64,000 nucleotides of DNA, from the NCBI RefSeq assembly GCF_001194135.2, contig NC_068990.1:14963486-15027485 (forward strand), in the 5' to 3' direction. The stretch is from Octopus bimaculoides. Taxonomy: Eukaryota. Below, piece by piece: positions 56,904-63,891 of this stretch. How positions within the stretch are numbered: the stretch's first letter is position 1; the number at the start of each line of letters is the position of its first letter. Position numbers and translations under genes: made by a program. The notes under the pieces were generated by a model. The model was not told where the DNA came from and ran no database searches. It saw nothing but the letters and a program-made list of their open reading frames with translations.

Positions 56904-59900
56904 CATGCATACACACATATATATATAGACAAATGGTTGGCACCAGAATTTTAGTAATTACTTCTTTCATTAAAAATAACTAATCAGTAATTTCCCTCTA
57001 GCCTGTACTTATCAATTATTTCTTGTGTGNNNNNNNNNNNNNNNNNNNNNNNNNNNNNNNNNNNNNNNNNNNNNNNNNNNNNNNNNNNNNNNNNNNNNNN
57101 NNNNNNNNNNNNNNNNNNNNNNNNNNNNNNNNNNNNNNNNNNNNNNNNNNNNNNNNNNNNNNNNNNNNNNNNNNNNNNNNNNNNNNNNNNNNNNNNNNNN
57201 NNNNNNNNNNNNNNNNNNNNNNNNNNNNNNNNNNNNNNNNNNNNNNNNNNNNNNNNNNNNNNNNNNNNNNNNNNNNNNNNNNNNNNNNNNNNNNNNNNNN
57301 NNNNNNNNNNNNNNNNNNNNNNNNNNNNNNNNNNNNNNNNNNNNNNNNNNNNNNNNNNNNNNNNNNNNNNNNNNNNNNNNNNNNNNNNNNNNNNNNNNNN
57401 NNNNNNNNNNNNNNNNNNNNNNNNNNNNNNNNNNNNNNNNNNNNNNNNNNNNNNNNNNNNNNNNNNNNNNNNNNNNNNNNNNNNNNNNNNNNNNNNNNNN
57501 NNNNNNNNNNNNNNNNNNNNNNNNNNNNNNNNNNNNNNNNNNNNNNNNNNNNNNNNNNNNNNNNNNNNNNNNNNNNNNNNNNNNNNNNNNNNNNNNNNNN
57601 NNNNNNNNNNNNNNNNNNNNNNNNNNNNNNNNNNNNNNNNNNNNNNNNNNNNNNNNNNNNNNNNNNNNNNNNNNNNNNNNNNNNNNNNNNNNNNNNNNNN
57701 NNNNNNNNNNNNNNNNNNNNNNNNNNNNNNNNNNNNNNNNNNNNNNNNNNNNNNNNNNNNNNNNNNNNNNNNNNNNNNNNNNNNNNNNNNNNNNNNNNNN
57801 NNNNNNNNNNNNNNNNNNNNNNNNNNNNNNNNNNNNNNNNNNNNNNNNNNNNNNNNNNNNNNNNNNNNNNNNNNNNNNNNNNNNNNNNNNNNNNNNNNNN
57901 NNNNNNNNNNNNNNNNNNNNNNNNNNNNNNNNNNNNNNNNNNNNNNNNNNNNNNNNNNNNNNNNNNNNNNNNNNNNNNNNNNNNNNNNNNNNNNNNNNNN
58001 NNNNNNNNNNNNNNNNNNNNNNNNNNNNNGCTTAAAGAGAGAAAAGTGTTGGTATACTTTTTAAATTGTTAAATTTAAACATGTAACAACATACTATATG
58101 CAGTTGTATATAGGCACCAGATTAAATTGTTTTTCAATATCTTCTCTCCAGAATCTACAACTGAAGCAGCAACAACAGCTACAGGTATGTATTTGAAATT
58201 TTTCATTATTGCAAAATGATAAATATACTTTATTTTCATACAGAGGGCACAACTGGATTATTTCTCCAGCTTCTATTATTTAGATATATCTATTTTCATG
58301 TGTATATTTGTGAGATAGTGTATATGTCTGTGTGCACAGGTATGCATATGTAAAATGTAAAGTAAAAAAATTTGTCTTGTTTTCTGAGCTTAAATGATTG
58401 AATTAATAATGTTGTTTTCTTCATCTCTTAATACAGAATCCTGGTGTGTGATGAATGATGGTTTAGCTGATGCTTCATTAATAAGAAGTTGGGACATTAA
58501 GACTTCAAGCAATCAAGAACATGTAAATTCCATCAGACCTGGTGGAAAAAGCTGGAAACCTCATCTCAATGATACTAAACGTACTGTAACAATTTTTGTT
58601 GGAGATGCTTTAAGATATGGTGCAACAATAAGATTACCCCGTGCCAAATATGTGGAGAAGTTTGATGTGATACTCTCTGATGGACGGGTAAATTGTCTTC
58701 CAAATTATAATAATAGTTATTACTTTAAATTTGTTAAACATCTGTAATTTTTTTATTGCTTATATGATGAAAATATATTTAGCATAAATAAAAATAATCA
58801 CAGTTAGATTGCCTTATTTTACATTTGACCTCTTCACACAAGATATATATATATATCCACACAATGTGTATATAAATAATCAAATGCTATAATATATATT
58901 CTAAGCTAGTGATTACCTGGCTTGTTATTCATATTCAGTATTCATCCCTTTATTCATTTATCACCAACATTTTGATAAATAATTACCTTTTCATTACAGG
59001 TAATTAACCAGTGATTGATCTCTTGCTATGCACATTACTTGCATCTTTTGTGTGTCAAATCTTCTTATGTCAGTTTTATCTTTCTCTTGTACCTGCAATA
59101 GTTACCTGGAAATGTCAATATATAGCTGTACATTTGTATATTGGTATGTTTAATGTAGTTTTAAAACAGACAATATTAACTTTGTTATATCTTTTTTACA
59201 GAATTCCATGCATATACGAAACAATAAACCTGATGCTATTATCAAGATACCTTTTGGTACCACAGTAAACAGTGTCAAATTACGATTTCATTCTGTTAAA
59301 CCAGAATGTCAGATAGCTGTGACAGTATCAATTCTTGGATGTTTTGAATCACGTAAGTGTTATTGTATTTTCAATAAAGTATTGCTATATAAAACCACAA
59401 TTGTAATGGATGATATTAATTACACTTTGTACGATGTAAATAGTTAAATTATAAGCATAAATGTAATTTGTAAAATTAGATTTACTTCAGAGAAGTAAAA
59501 AGAATGAACCAATAAAATTGACACTTGTAGAAAGGAAAGGTTCCTTGTTTGTTTAAAATCAGTTTCACTGATATCACAAATGGCTAATGGTAGTAATTCT
59601 ATATTTACTTGTGGCTATAGAAACCATATATGAATATGACAAACAGAATATGTTTCCCTTGCCTTAAAAGCTATTCAAATTATACTCTAACTGTGACTTG
59701 GAACCACAAGGAAACGACTTAAACAGGAAAGTTTTGGTATATATTTTAAATTGTTAAATTTAAACATGCAACAATACACTATATACAGTTGTTTCTATTT
59801 ATTGAATTAAATTCTGTTTTTAACATCTTCACTTTAGAATCTACAACTAAAGCAGCAACAACAGCTACAGGTATGTATTTGATATTTTTCACCTTTGCAA

Positions 59901-62900
59901 TGTAAATGCGGGAGGTATATCTGAGGTATTTCTCCGAGTTCTATTATTTAGATCACTCTATGTTTAAGTGCATATATGTGTGTGTGTAAGAGAGCATATG
60001 TCTGCATGCATGTGTAAAATGTGAGATGAAAAGTGTATCTTTTATAATCTGGGCTTGAATAAGTGAAGAAATAATGTTTTCTTCATTTCTCAAAACAGAA
60101 TCCTGGTGTGTAATGAATGATGGTTTAGCTGATGCCTCATTGATAAGAAGTTGGAATATTAAGACTTCAAGCAATCAAGAACATGTGAATTCTATCAGAC
60201 CTGGTGGAAAAGGCTGGAAACCTGATGTCAGTGACAAAAAACGTACTGTAACAATTTTTGTTGGAGATGCTTTAAGATATGGTGCAACAATAAGATTACC
60301 CCGTGCCAAATATGTGGAGAAATTTGATGTGATGCTCTCTGATGGAAAGGTAAATTGTACATTACATTATAACAATATTATTATTCAAAATCAGTTAACA
60401 ATTTGTTATATATCTTCTATATATTGCTTATCTTAAGAAAATGTACTTAATATAAATTAATCTAATAAGAGTTTGATTGTATCCCCTTATTTTGCATATA
60501 ACCTTTATATAACACTTATATATTTGCATAACTGAAGGCTACAATATACATTCTTATTGAGTGATAATACAGATGTAATTAGTTTTTAATATTCAATATT
60601 CATCTCTTCATACACTTCCAAATGGTTAACACCAAAAGAATGATAAATAATTACCTTTCTCATAAAAACTAGCTCATCAGTTATTCTCCTGTTGCTATAC
60701 AGGTATCAACATTTCTTTCTATCAGTTTTATCTTTCTCTTGTACCTCCAGTGATTACCTAGTACTGTTTCTTATATAGTCTTACATTAGTACATTGGTAT
60801 ATTTTTATGTGAAGTTTTAAAACATGCAGTATTAATTTAGTCATATCTCTTTTGCAGAATACCAAGCATATACGAAATAACAAACCTGATACTATTATCA
60901 AGATACCTTTTGGCACCACAGTCAACAGCATAAAATTACGATTTTACTCTGTTAAACCAGATTGTCAGATTGTTGTAACAGTATCAATTCTTGGATGTTT
61001 TGAATTACGTAAGTTTGATAGTAGCTTTCAATGAAGTATCGCTATATAAAACCACATTTGTGATGCATAATGTCATATGTTTTGTAATATTTACTCTTAA
61101 TTAAATCATAAGCGTTAATGTAATTGATAAAATTAGACTTACTTCACAAAAGTAAAACAAATAAGCCAATCAAACTGGAGCTTGTATAAAGGAGGGATTC
61201 CCACTTTGTTTAGCACCAGTGTCCCTGATATCAGTCATGGATAGTAATTGTCAATTTATATTTCTTTGAGGACCTGGAAGCCATGAAAATATAACAAAGT
61301 TTGCCTTAACTGCTATACAAGCTGTATTGTAATTATAAATTGGAAATATGATTAAATGGTGAAGAAAGTAAAACTCCCAGCATATTTTTTAAATTGTTAA
61401 ATTTAAACATGCAACAACACATTATATATATAATTGCTTCTATGCATCACATTTGATATTTTAGATTTAATTGAATTAAATTTTTCTTTAATATCTTCCC
61501 TCTAGAATCTACAACTGAAGCAGCAACAACGGCTACAGGTATGTAGATTGAAATTTTCCCATCCACAATATAAAAATGCTTGTCTCTCATACAGAGGGCA
61601 CACCTGGATTATTTCTCCAAATTCTATAAATTAGATATATCTATGTCTATGAGTATATATGTATGTGGAAGAGTGTATGCAACCATGCATGTATAAAATG
61701 TGAGATAAAAAAAATTCATCATGTATATTCTCTGCCTAAATCACTGAACAATTAGTGTTTTTTTCTTAATACAGAATCCTATAAGTTTCCATTTATGTAT
61801 AGATTTGCACATTGTGAATTAAAAGAACTTATTGGCAATATTTGGCTTTAACCTGTTGAGAAAATAATGTTTCCTTCATCTCTTAATACAGAATCCTGGT
61901 GTGTAATGAATGATGGCTTAGCTGATGCTTCATTAATAAGAAGTTGGGACATTAAGACTTCAAGCAATCAAGAACATGTAAATTCCATCAGACCTGGCGG
62001 AAAAGGCTGGAAACCTGATGTCAGTGACAAAAAACGTACTGTAACAATTTTTGTTGGAGATGCTTTAAGATATGGTGCAACAATAAGATTACCCCGTGCC
62101 AAATATGTGGAGAAGTTTGATGTGATACTCTCTGATGGACAGGTAAATTGTATTTTGTTTTTAAATTTTTTTATCTTTTACTTGTTTCATCATTGGATTG
62201 CAGCTACGAGGTGGTAATCAAAAAGTTCTCAGAACAGTTCTGTAGCGCACCAACAAATGGCAGCACACAGTTGCATGTGCAGTGAGAGCTTGTATCTAGT
62301 AACCTTCATGAGGTAGTGTGCCAAGTGACATCACTGTGTTTACTCTGCAAGTTGTCAAATTTGTGTTTTTGTGATCGTGTGTACGCTGTCATCTGCGATT
62401 TTGTCAGGGACAGGAACAAAGAACCAACATAAAATTTTGGCTTAAACTTGGGAAGTCTGCTACTAAGACATTGATCATGTTTCAGCAAGCTTATGGTGAT
62501 AAGGCAATGGGTCCGATGACATGGGTGCTTCAAAAGCACAAGAATGTCCTTGGATGATGATGAGCGATCCGGAAGACCTGCTGTAAGCATCAACCCATGA
62601 AATCTGATATTGTGCATCAAGAATTTGAGCCCCAGGACCAGGCTATCAATCGAGAGTTCTACGATGTTTTGTTTTGAAGCATTTGAGGGAAGAGATTTGG
62701 TGAAAGTGATCAGATCTGAGGAGCACAAAAAACTGGATTCTTTATGCCGACACCACACCCTGTCACCAAGCTCTCCTCACTCATGAGTTTCTCACCAAAA
62801 ACAACATGGTATCACTTCCACACCCACCCTATCCACCAGAATTGGCATCTGCAGACTTCCATCTCTTCCCCAAGATGAAAATACAATTCAAAGGTCACCA

Positions 62901-63292
62901 TTTTAACACTGTTGTTGAGATTCAGAGCAAATCACAGAAGGTTTTCGACTTGCTTATGGAAAACAATTTTCAGACCCAATTCCAAAAGTGGCAGGAACAC
63001 TGGGACTAGTGTATTACTGTGTAATGTGACTATTTCGGAGGAGATTATGTTAAGACTTAGGTAAATAAGTTATTTTAGATTAAATATACCTAATCCTGGA
63101 ACCTTTTTATATCCCCTCGTATGCTGGCCACTGCCTTGAAGGGTTTAATTGAACAAAACGATTCCAGTTCTTACTTTTTTTTAAAAGTCTGGCACCTCTA
63201 TTGGCTTGTTTGCTGAACCACTAAGCTACAGGAACATACACAAACAAATGCCAGTTTGTGTATGCCAAGCAGTGTGTAGAATACAAACACAA

Positions 63293-63336
<44 letters not shown>

Positions 63337-63599
63337 CTACCATAATATCTGGAAAATATTTTTTTAAGTGGTTTATTGATGCATTTGTAGAGTCTAATGC
63401 AAATTCCTAAACTATATAATGATAACTATGCAATATCTATTTCTACAGAATTCCAAGCATATACGAAACAATAATCCTGATGCTATTATCAAGATAGCTT
63501 TTGGTACCACTGTCAACAGTGTAAAATTACAATTTCACTCTGTTAAACCAGATTGTCAGATAGTTGTAACAGTATCAATTCTTGGATGTTTTGAATCGC
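96..63599 (+). CDS. Interior of a giant multi-exon gene: >=23 tandem divergent discoidin/F5-8 type C-like domains joined by Thr-rich linkers (mucin-like, probably extracellular); incomplete at both ends
   Basis: 81 exons with AG/GT boundaries (one GC donor) and compatible phases; about 10.9 kb of coding sequence with no in-frame stop seen. The fold call rests on motif resemblance only (N-terminal Cys, IKxSSN, GWKP, VxKFxVxLSxG, C-terminal TVSxxGC) and needs an HMM search. Confidence 0.8.
1210..1570 (-). mobile_element. RTE-clade LINE 3' fragment, degenerate
   Basis: Minus-strand reading RVHSSDIREEYQV...VLQANPTGRKPSSRLRTRWLDN matches the RTE ORF C-terminal pattern; stops and frameshifts present. 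Confidence 0.7.
1842..4774 (+). CDS. Type I unit 2
   Basis: join(1842..1886,2004..2269,3298..3433,4718..4774). Confidence 0.85.
2755..3033 (+). mobile_element. Helentron/DINE-like non-autonomous element (HINE-like)
   Basis: Subterminal inverted match GGTTATTGTATT (2761) / AAAGCAATACC (2997), then terminal hairpin CCTTCGC-TAAG-GTGAAGG (3012-3029). Confidence 0.45.
3522..4006. mobile_element. ~480-bp MITE, copy 1
   Basis: Ends GAATTCTGCTTTAA ... TTAAACCAGAATTC; aligns along its length with 33685-34166. Confidence 0.65.
4282..4635 (-). mobile_element. RTE-clade LINE 3' fragment, paralog of 1210-1570
   Basis: Minus-strand LLLQIERSQF...HVLQTKPT; same truncation point and same position upstream of exon C. 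Confidence 0.7.
5158..7688 (+). CDS. Type I unit 3
   Basis: join(5158..5202,5317..5582,6134..6269,7635..7688). Confidence 0.85.
6401..6963 (-). mobile_element. RTE-clade LINE 3' end with internal ~21-bp minisatellite and (ATG)n tail
   Basis: ORF 6722-6997(-) contains LCWLSHVMWM...GKGRPRKTWDKLV; GTGGCACCA-type repeats at ~6560-6690; (CAT)n at 6401-6421. Confidence 0.75.
7270..7330. mobile_element. pogo/Tigger-like DNA transposon terminus
   Basis: Reverse complement TGCTGTATATGCTGGTGTATAATACGAC...GTGTACAAGATGACCCC resembles pogo-type TIRs with an internal repeated motif. Confidence 0.35.
7433..7557 (-). mobile_element. RTE-type 3' tail fragment (LINE or partner SINE)
   Basis: CATCATCATCATCGTTTAACGTCTGCTTTCCATGCTAGCATGGG shared with 6401 and 18365. 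Confidence 0.65.
8255..8325. repeat. (CA)n microsatellite
   Basis: Direct reading. Confidence 0.95.
8965..12263 (+). CDS. Type I unit 4
   Basis: join(8965..9009,9113..9378,10358..10493,12210..12263). Confidence 0.85.
11720..11980 (+). mobile_element. SINE-like repeat with RTE-type tail
   Basis: Similar to 17150-17430; ends ATGCAAGCATGGAAAAGT. Confidence 0.55.
12304..12503 (+). mobile_element. SINE family 1
   Basis: GGCAGAATCGTTAGCA...GTCAACTTTGCCTTTCATCC...GATAAAATAAGT motif, present in more than 10 copies in the window. Confidence 0.75.
12572..15915 (+). CDS. Type I unit 5
   Basis: join(12572..12613,12723..12988,15121..15256,15859..15915); exon D is one codon shorter (42 nt). Confidence 0.85.
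13284..13522. mobile_element. hAT/Charlie-type MITE
   Basis: TIRs CAGTGGTTCTCAAC / GTTGAGAACTGCTG; imperfect 8-bp flanks ACATAGCC / TTATAGCC with central TA. Confidence 0.7.
13775..13975. mobile_element. piggyBac-like MITE
   Basis: Ends TTAGCCCTTTTGC ... GCTAATGGATTAA; an inverted fragment at 41148-41200 begins TAACCCTTTAGCATT. Confidence 0.45.
16079..17561 (+). CDS. Type I unit 6
   Basis: join(16079..16123,16235..16500,16691..16826,17508..17561). Confidence 0.85.
17150..17430 (+). mobile_element. SINE-like repeat with RTE-type tail
   Basis: Similar to 11720-11980; ends CATGGAAAAGT...GATGATGAT. Confidence 0.55.
17735..19928 (+). CDS. Type I unit 7
   Basis: join(17735..17779,17893..18158,19463..19598,19875..19928). 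Confidence 0.85.
18365..19250 (-). mobile_element. RTE-clade LINE 3' fragment(s)
   Basis: ORF 18981-19226(-) ILHGSDTW...MLHWICNISV...LRCSGHVM; same tail as 6401. Confidence 0.75.
19254..19307. repeat. (TA)n microsatellite
   Basis: Direct reading. Confidence 0.95.
20110..22892 (+). CDS. Type I unit 8
   Basis: join(20110..20154,20267..20532,22426..22561,22839..22892). Confidence 0.8.
20720..20729. other. Assembly gap (10 N)
   Basis: N run. Confidence 1.
20990..21126. repeat. (CA)n/(TA)n compound microsatellite
   Basis: Direct reading. Confidence 0.9.
21258..21302 (-). ncRNA. Minimal type I hammerhead ribozyme motif, Penelope-like element type
   Basis: Minus strand GGACCA-CTGATGA-G-GTCACA-GAAG-TGTGAC-GAAA-GAAC-TC-TGGCC: complete core, perfect 6-bp stem II, very short stem III, stem I with one bulge. 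Confidence 0.65.
22237..22337. repeat. (TA)n/(CA)n microsatellite
   Basis: Direct reading. Confidence 0.9.
23003..23012. other. Assembly gap (10 N) with duplicated flanks
   Basis: 22964-23002 is repeated at 23013-23051. Confidence 1.
23125..26266 (+). CDS. Type I unit 9
   Basis: join(23125..23169,23282..23547,25801..25936,26213..26266). Confidence 0.8.
26449..28743 (+). CDS. Type I unit 10 (A-B intron spans an assembly gap)
   Basis: join(26449..26493,26606..26871,28277..28412,28690..28743). Confidence 0.75.
27094..27875. other. Assembly gap (782 N)
   Basis: N run. Confidence 1.
28778..29266 (-). mobile_element. Two SINE family 1 copies (28778-28986, 29056-29266)
   Basis: Reverse complements of the 12304 motif, in the C10-D11 intron. 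Confidence 0.75.
29466..33566 (+). CDS. Type I unit 11
   Basis: join(29466..29510,29623..29888,32227..32362,33513..33566). Confidence 0.85.
30093..30243 (+). mobile_element. RTE-type 3' UTR fragment
   Basis: GTTAGGAAGGGCATCCAGCTGT...CCTGTCAAACC...CCCATGCCAGCATG, also seen at 31970-32085. Confidence 0.6.
30243..30378. repeat. (TATG)n/(TA)n/(CA)n compound microsatellite
   Basis: Direct reading. Confidence 0.95.
31385..32118 (+). mobile_element. RTE-clade LINE 3' fragment
   Basis: RIRTGWAKFKEFLSLL...KGRLYNAC...MLHKSETW then 3' UTR and (ATG)n tail; interrupted by stops. Confidence 0.8.
32693..32947 (+). mobile_element. tRNA-headed SINE family 2
   Basis: GAGTTCAAATCCC B-box-like head, GTGTCCTTGAGTAAGACACTT; body shared with 37414-37700. 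Confidence 0.7.
33000..33200 (+). mobile_element. SINE-like family 4
   Basis: TGGCCATGCTGG...AAAGCCTGGTACTTATT...GAACCACTAAG, also at ~38420-38600 and 63122-63290. Confidence 0.55.
33203..33212. other. Assembly gap (10 N)
   Basis: N run inside a (TA)n tract. Confidence 1.
33273..33420 (-). mobile_element. SINE family 3
   Basis: Reverse-complement similarity to 45918-46075 and 63892-64000; further copies at ~38603-38745 and 42424-42540. Confidence 0.6.
33685..34166. mobile_element. ~480-bp MITE, copy 2
   Basis: TIRs GAATTCTACTTTAAGCATG / CATGCTTAAACCAGAATTC (17/19 match). Confidence 0.7.
34237..35905 (+). CDS. Type I unit 12
   Basis: join(34237..34281,34372..34637,35071..35206,35852..35905); exon B acceptor is AAG. 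Confidence 0.8.
36072..38949 (+). CDS. Type I unit 13
   Basis: join(36072..36116,36229..36494,36854..36989,38878..38949); exon A donor is AAG/GCAAGT (GC-AG); exon C is 72 nt. Confidence 0.8.
37414..37700 (+). mobile_element. tRNA-headed SINE family 2
   Basis: Aligns with 32693-32947. Confidence 0.7.
37761..37868 (+). mobile_element. SINE family 1 fragment
   Basis: TGAGTTCAAATTCC...GATAAAATAAGTACCAGTTG. Confidence 0.7.
37951..38077. mobile_element. 127-bp Tc1/mariner-type MITE
   Basis: 29-bp TIRs CAGGGTGTCCACAAAGTCTGGATACATGG (25/29 match); TA on the right flank only. Confidence 0.7.
38195..38410 (+). mobile_element. SINE family 1
   Basis: Near full-length match to the family motif. Confidence 0.75.
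39119..41970 (+). CDS. Unit 14: type I linker exon D followed by the first type II domain
   Basis: join(39119..39163,39595..39845,41465..41615,41938..41970); A 251 nt, B 151, E 33. Confidence 0.85.
39185..39318. repeat. Degenerate ~23-bp minisatellite (GCTGGCACCAC core)
   Basis: About five imperfect copies; related to the reverse complement of the 6560-6690 array. Confidence 0.65.
40242..40414 (-). mobile_element. SINE family 1
   Basis: Reverse complement of the family motif. Confidence 0.75.
42560..42775 (+). mobile_element. SINE family 1
   Basis: GCTGGCAGAACTGTTAGCATGC...TTCTGAGTTCAAATT. Confidence 0.75.
43471..45754 (+). CDS. Type II unit 15
   Basis: join(43471..43721,44537..44687,45722..45754). 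Confidence 0.85.
43803..44262 (+). mobile_element. SINE-like element ending in (CTA)n (44184-44262)
   Basis: tRNA-like head; body 43945-44185 matches 55873-56095 at a non-homologous intron position. Confidence 0.6.
44912..45690 (+). mobile_element. Head-to-tail cluster of about four SINE family 1 copies
   Basis: CTTTGCCTTTCATCC-type core recurs at ~45015, 45211, 45352 and 45585. Confidence 0.75.
45918..46075 (+). mobile_element. SINE family 3
   Basis: AGGTGCAGGCATGGCT...CACCTTGGGCAA...GAAAGAAGCCC. Confidence 0.6.
46248..46482 (+). mobile_element. tRNA-headed repeat carrying a degenerate hammerhead motif (46380-46424)
   Basis: GAGTTCAATT B-box-like head; ACAC-CTGATGA-G-GGCTG-loop-CAGCC-AAAA-CGT-T-GTTGT. 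Confidence 0.55.
46868..48336 (+). CDS. Type II unit 16
   Basis: join(46868..47118,47904..48054,48304..48336). Confidence 0.85.
48401..48701. mobile_element. ~300-bp foldback (long palindromic) MITE-like element
   Basis: ATTTTGATGTATCTTGGGAGGGTCATTA...CACACATGCACTGGTT pairs with AACCAGTGTATGTG...TAATGACCCTCCTTGAGATACAGCAAAAT. Confidence 0.7.
49176..50300 (+). CDS. Type II unit 17
   Basis: join(49176..49426,49926..50076,50268..50300). Confidence 0.85.
50393..50601 (-). mobile_element. SINE family 1
   Basis: Reverse complement of the family motif. Confidence 0.75.
51977..53466 (+). CDS. Type II unit 18
   Basis: join(51977..52227,52601..52751,53434..53466). Confidence 0.85.
52985..53146 (-). 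mobile_element. SINE family 1
   Basis: Reverse complement of the family motif. Confidence 0.7.
53706..55807 (+). CDS. Type II unit 19
   Basis: join(53706..53956,55148..55298,55775..55807). Confidence 0.85.
54250..54900 (-). mobile_element. RTE/RTE-X-like LINE 3' fragment with (TAA)n tail (54250-54391)
   Basis: Minus-strand ESVLIHSSETWTLT...LDGCYSRML...LYGDLPKVSEKIRQRQLRL. Confidence 0.75.
55873..56110 (+). mobile_element. SINE-like body fragment
   Basis: AAAGAATAGACCCAACATTTCCTCTGTG shared with ~43948. Confidence 0.55.
56303..58184 (+). CDS. Type II unit 20 (exon B not visible, presumed in the gap)
   Basis: 56303..56553 (A) and 58152..58184 (E) flank the 1000-N gap; frame needs a 151-nt B exon between them. 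Confidence 0.7.
57030..58029. other. Assembly gap (1000 N)
   Basis: N run of round size, probably a placeholder length. Confidence 1.
58437..59870 (+). CDS. Type II unit 21
   Basis: join(58437..58687,59202..59352,59838..59870). Confidence 0.85.
60099..61538 (+). CDS. Type II unit 22
   Basis: join(60099..60349,60858..61008,61506..61538). Confidence 0.85.
61892..63599 (+). CDS. Type II unit 23 (linker exon E expected beyond the window)
   Basis: join(61892..62142,63449..63599). Confidence 0.85.
62207..63119 (+). mobile_element. Internally deleted, degenerate mariner transposon
   Basis: TA-flanked TIRs CGAGGTGGTAATCAAAAAGTT / AACCTTTTTATATCCCCTCG; transposase remnants DDERSGRP and HPPYPPELASADFHLFPKMK (YSPDL motif region). 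Confidence 0.9.
63284..63336. repeat. (CA)n microsatellite
   Basis: Direct reading. Confidence 0.9.
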
Positions 63600-63891
63600 G
63601 TAAGTGAAGCTGTATTTTTTTAAACATACTTTTCAATGCAGTATTATTGAGTATAATGATATTTTATGATAAGTGACATTGTATACTACATTTTATTTAA
63701 TCATTAGAGAATTGCCAATTTAGACTTGGTAGAAATTAACATGTAACAAAATACATGTTGACATGTGGCAATATACTATATATGATAAATGGTTTTTAAT
63801 GGTGGAACTTGAAGTAAATAATGACATAAATAATGGCATGTAAATATTGGGTTAAAAATTCTGTTAAAAATGATATATTTCATATCTCTGA

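Noticed and set aside
18961-56970. ORFs rich in YI, HT, CV, poly-S/L/V or poly-I
   Set aside because: Translations of microsatellites.
27073-58072. Long poly-X ORFs (27073-27897, 57023-58072)
   Set aside because: Artefacts of N runs.
1942-60174. Minus-strand ORFs over exon A (1942, 5258, 51864, 59953)
   Set aside because: Short antisense shadows of the coding exon, recurring only because the exon is repeated.
279-62217. The repeated MEDPSL.../...MNDGLADASL ORFs as 23 separate small genes
   Set aside because: Starts are mostly TTG or intronic ATG, similarity ends exactly at splice donors, and the ORFs join in frame to B and linker exons. No first or last exons lie between units.
62806-63009. 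Functional transposase gene
   Set aside because: A fragment of a deleted, frameshifted mariner.
96-63599. CRISPR-like or prokaryotic repeat-spacer array
   Set aside because: The repeats are spliced coding exons separated by variable TE-filled introns; no cas-like ORFs and no fixed spacer length.
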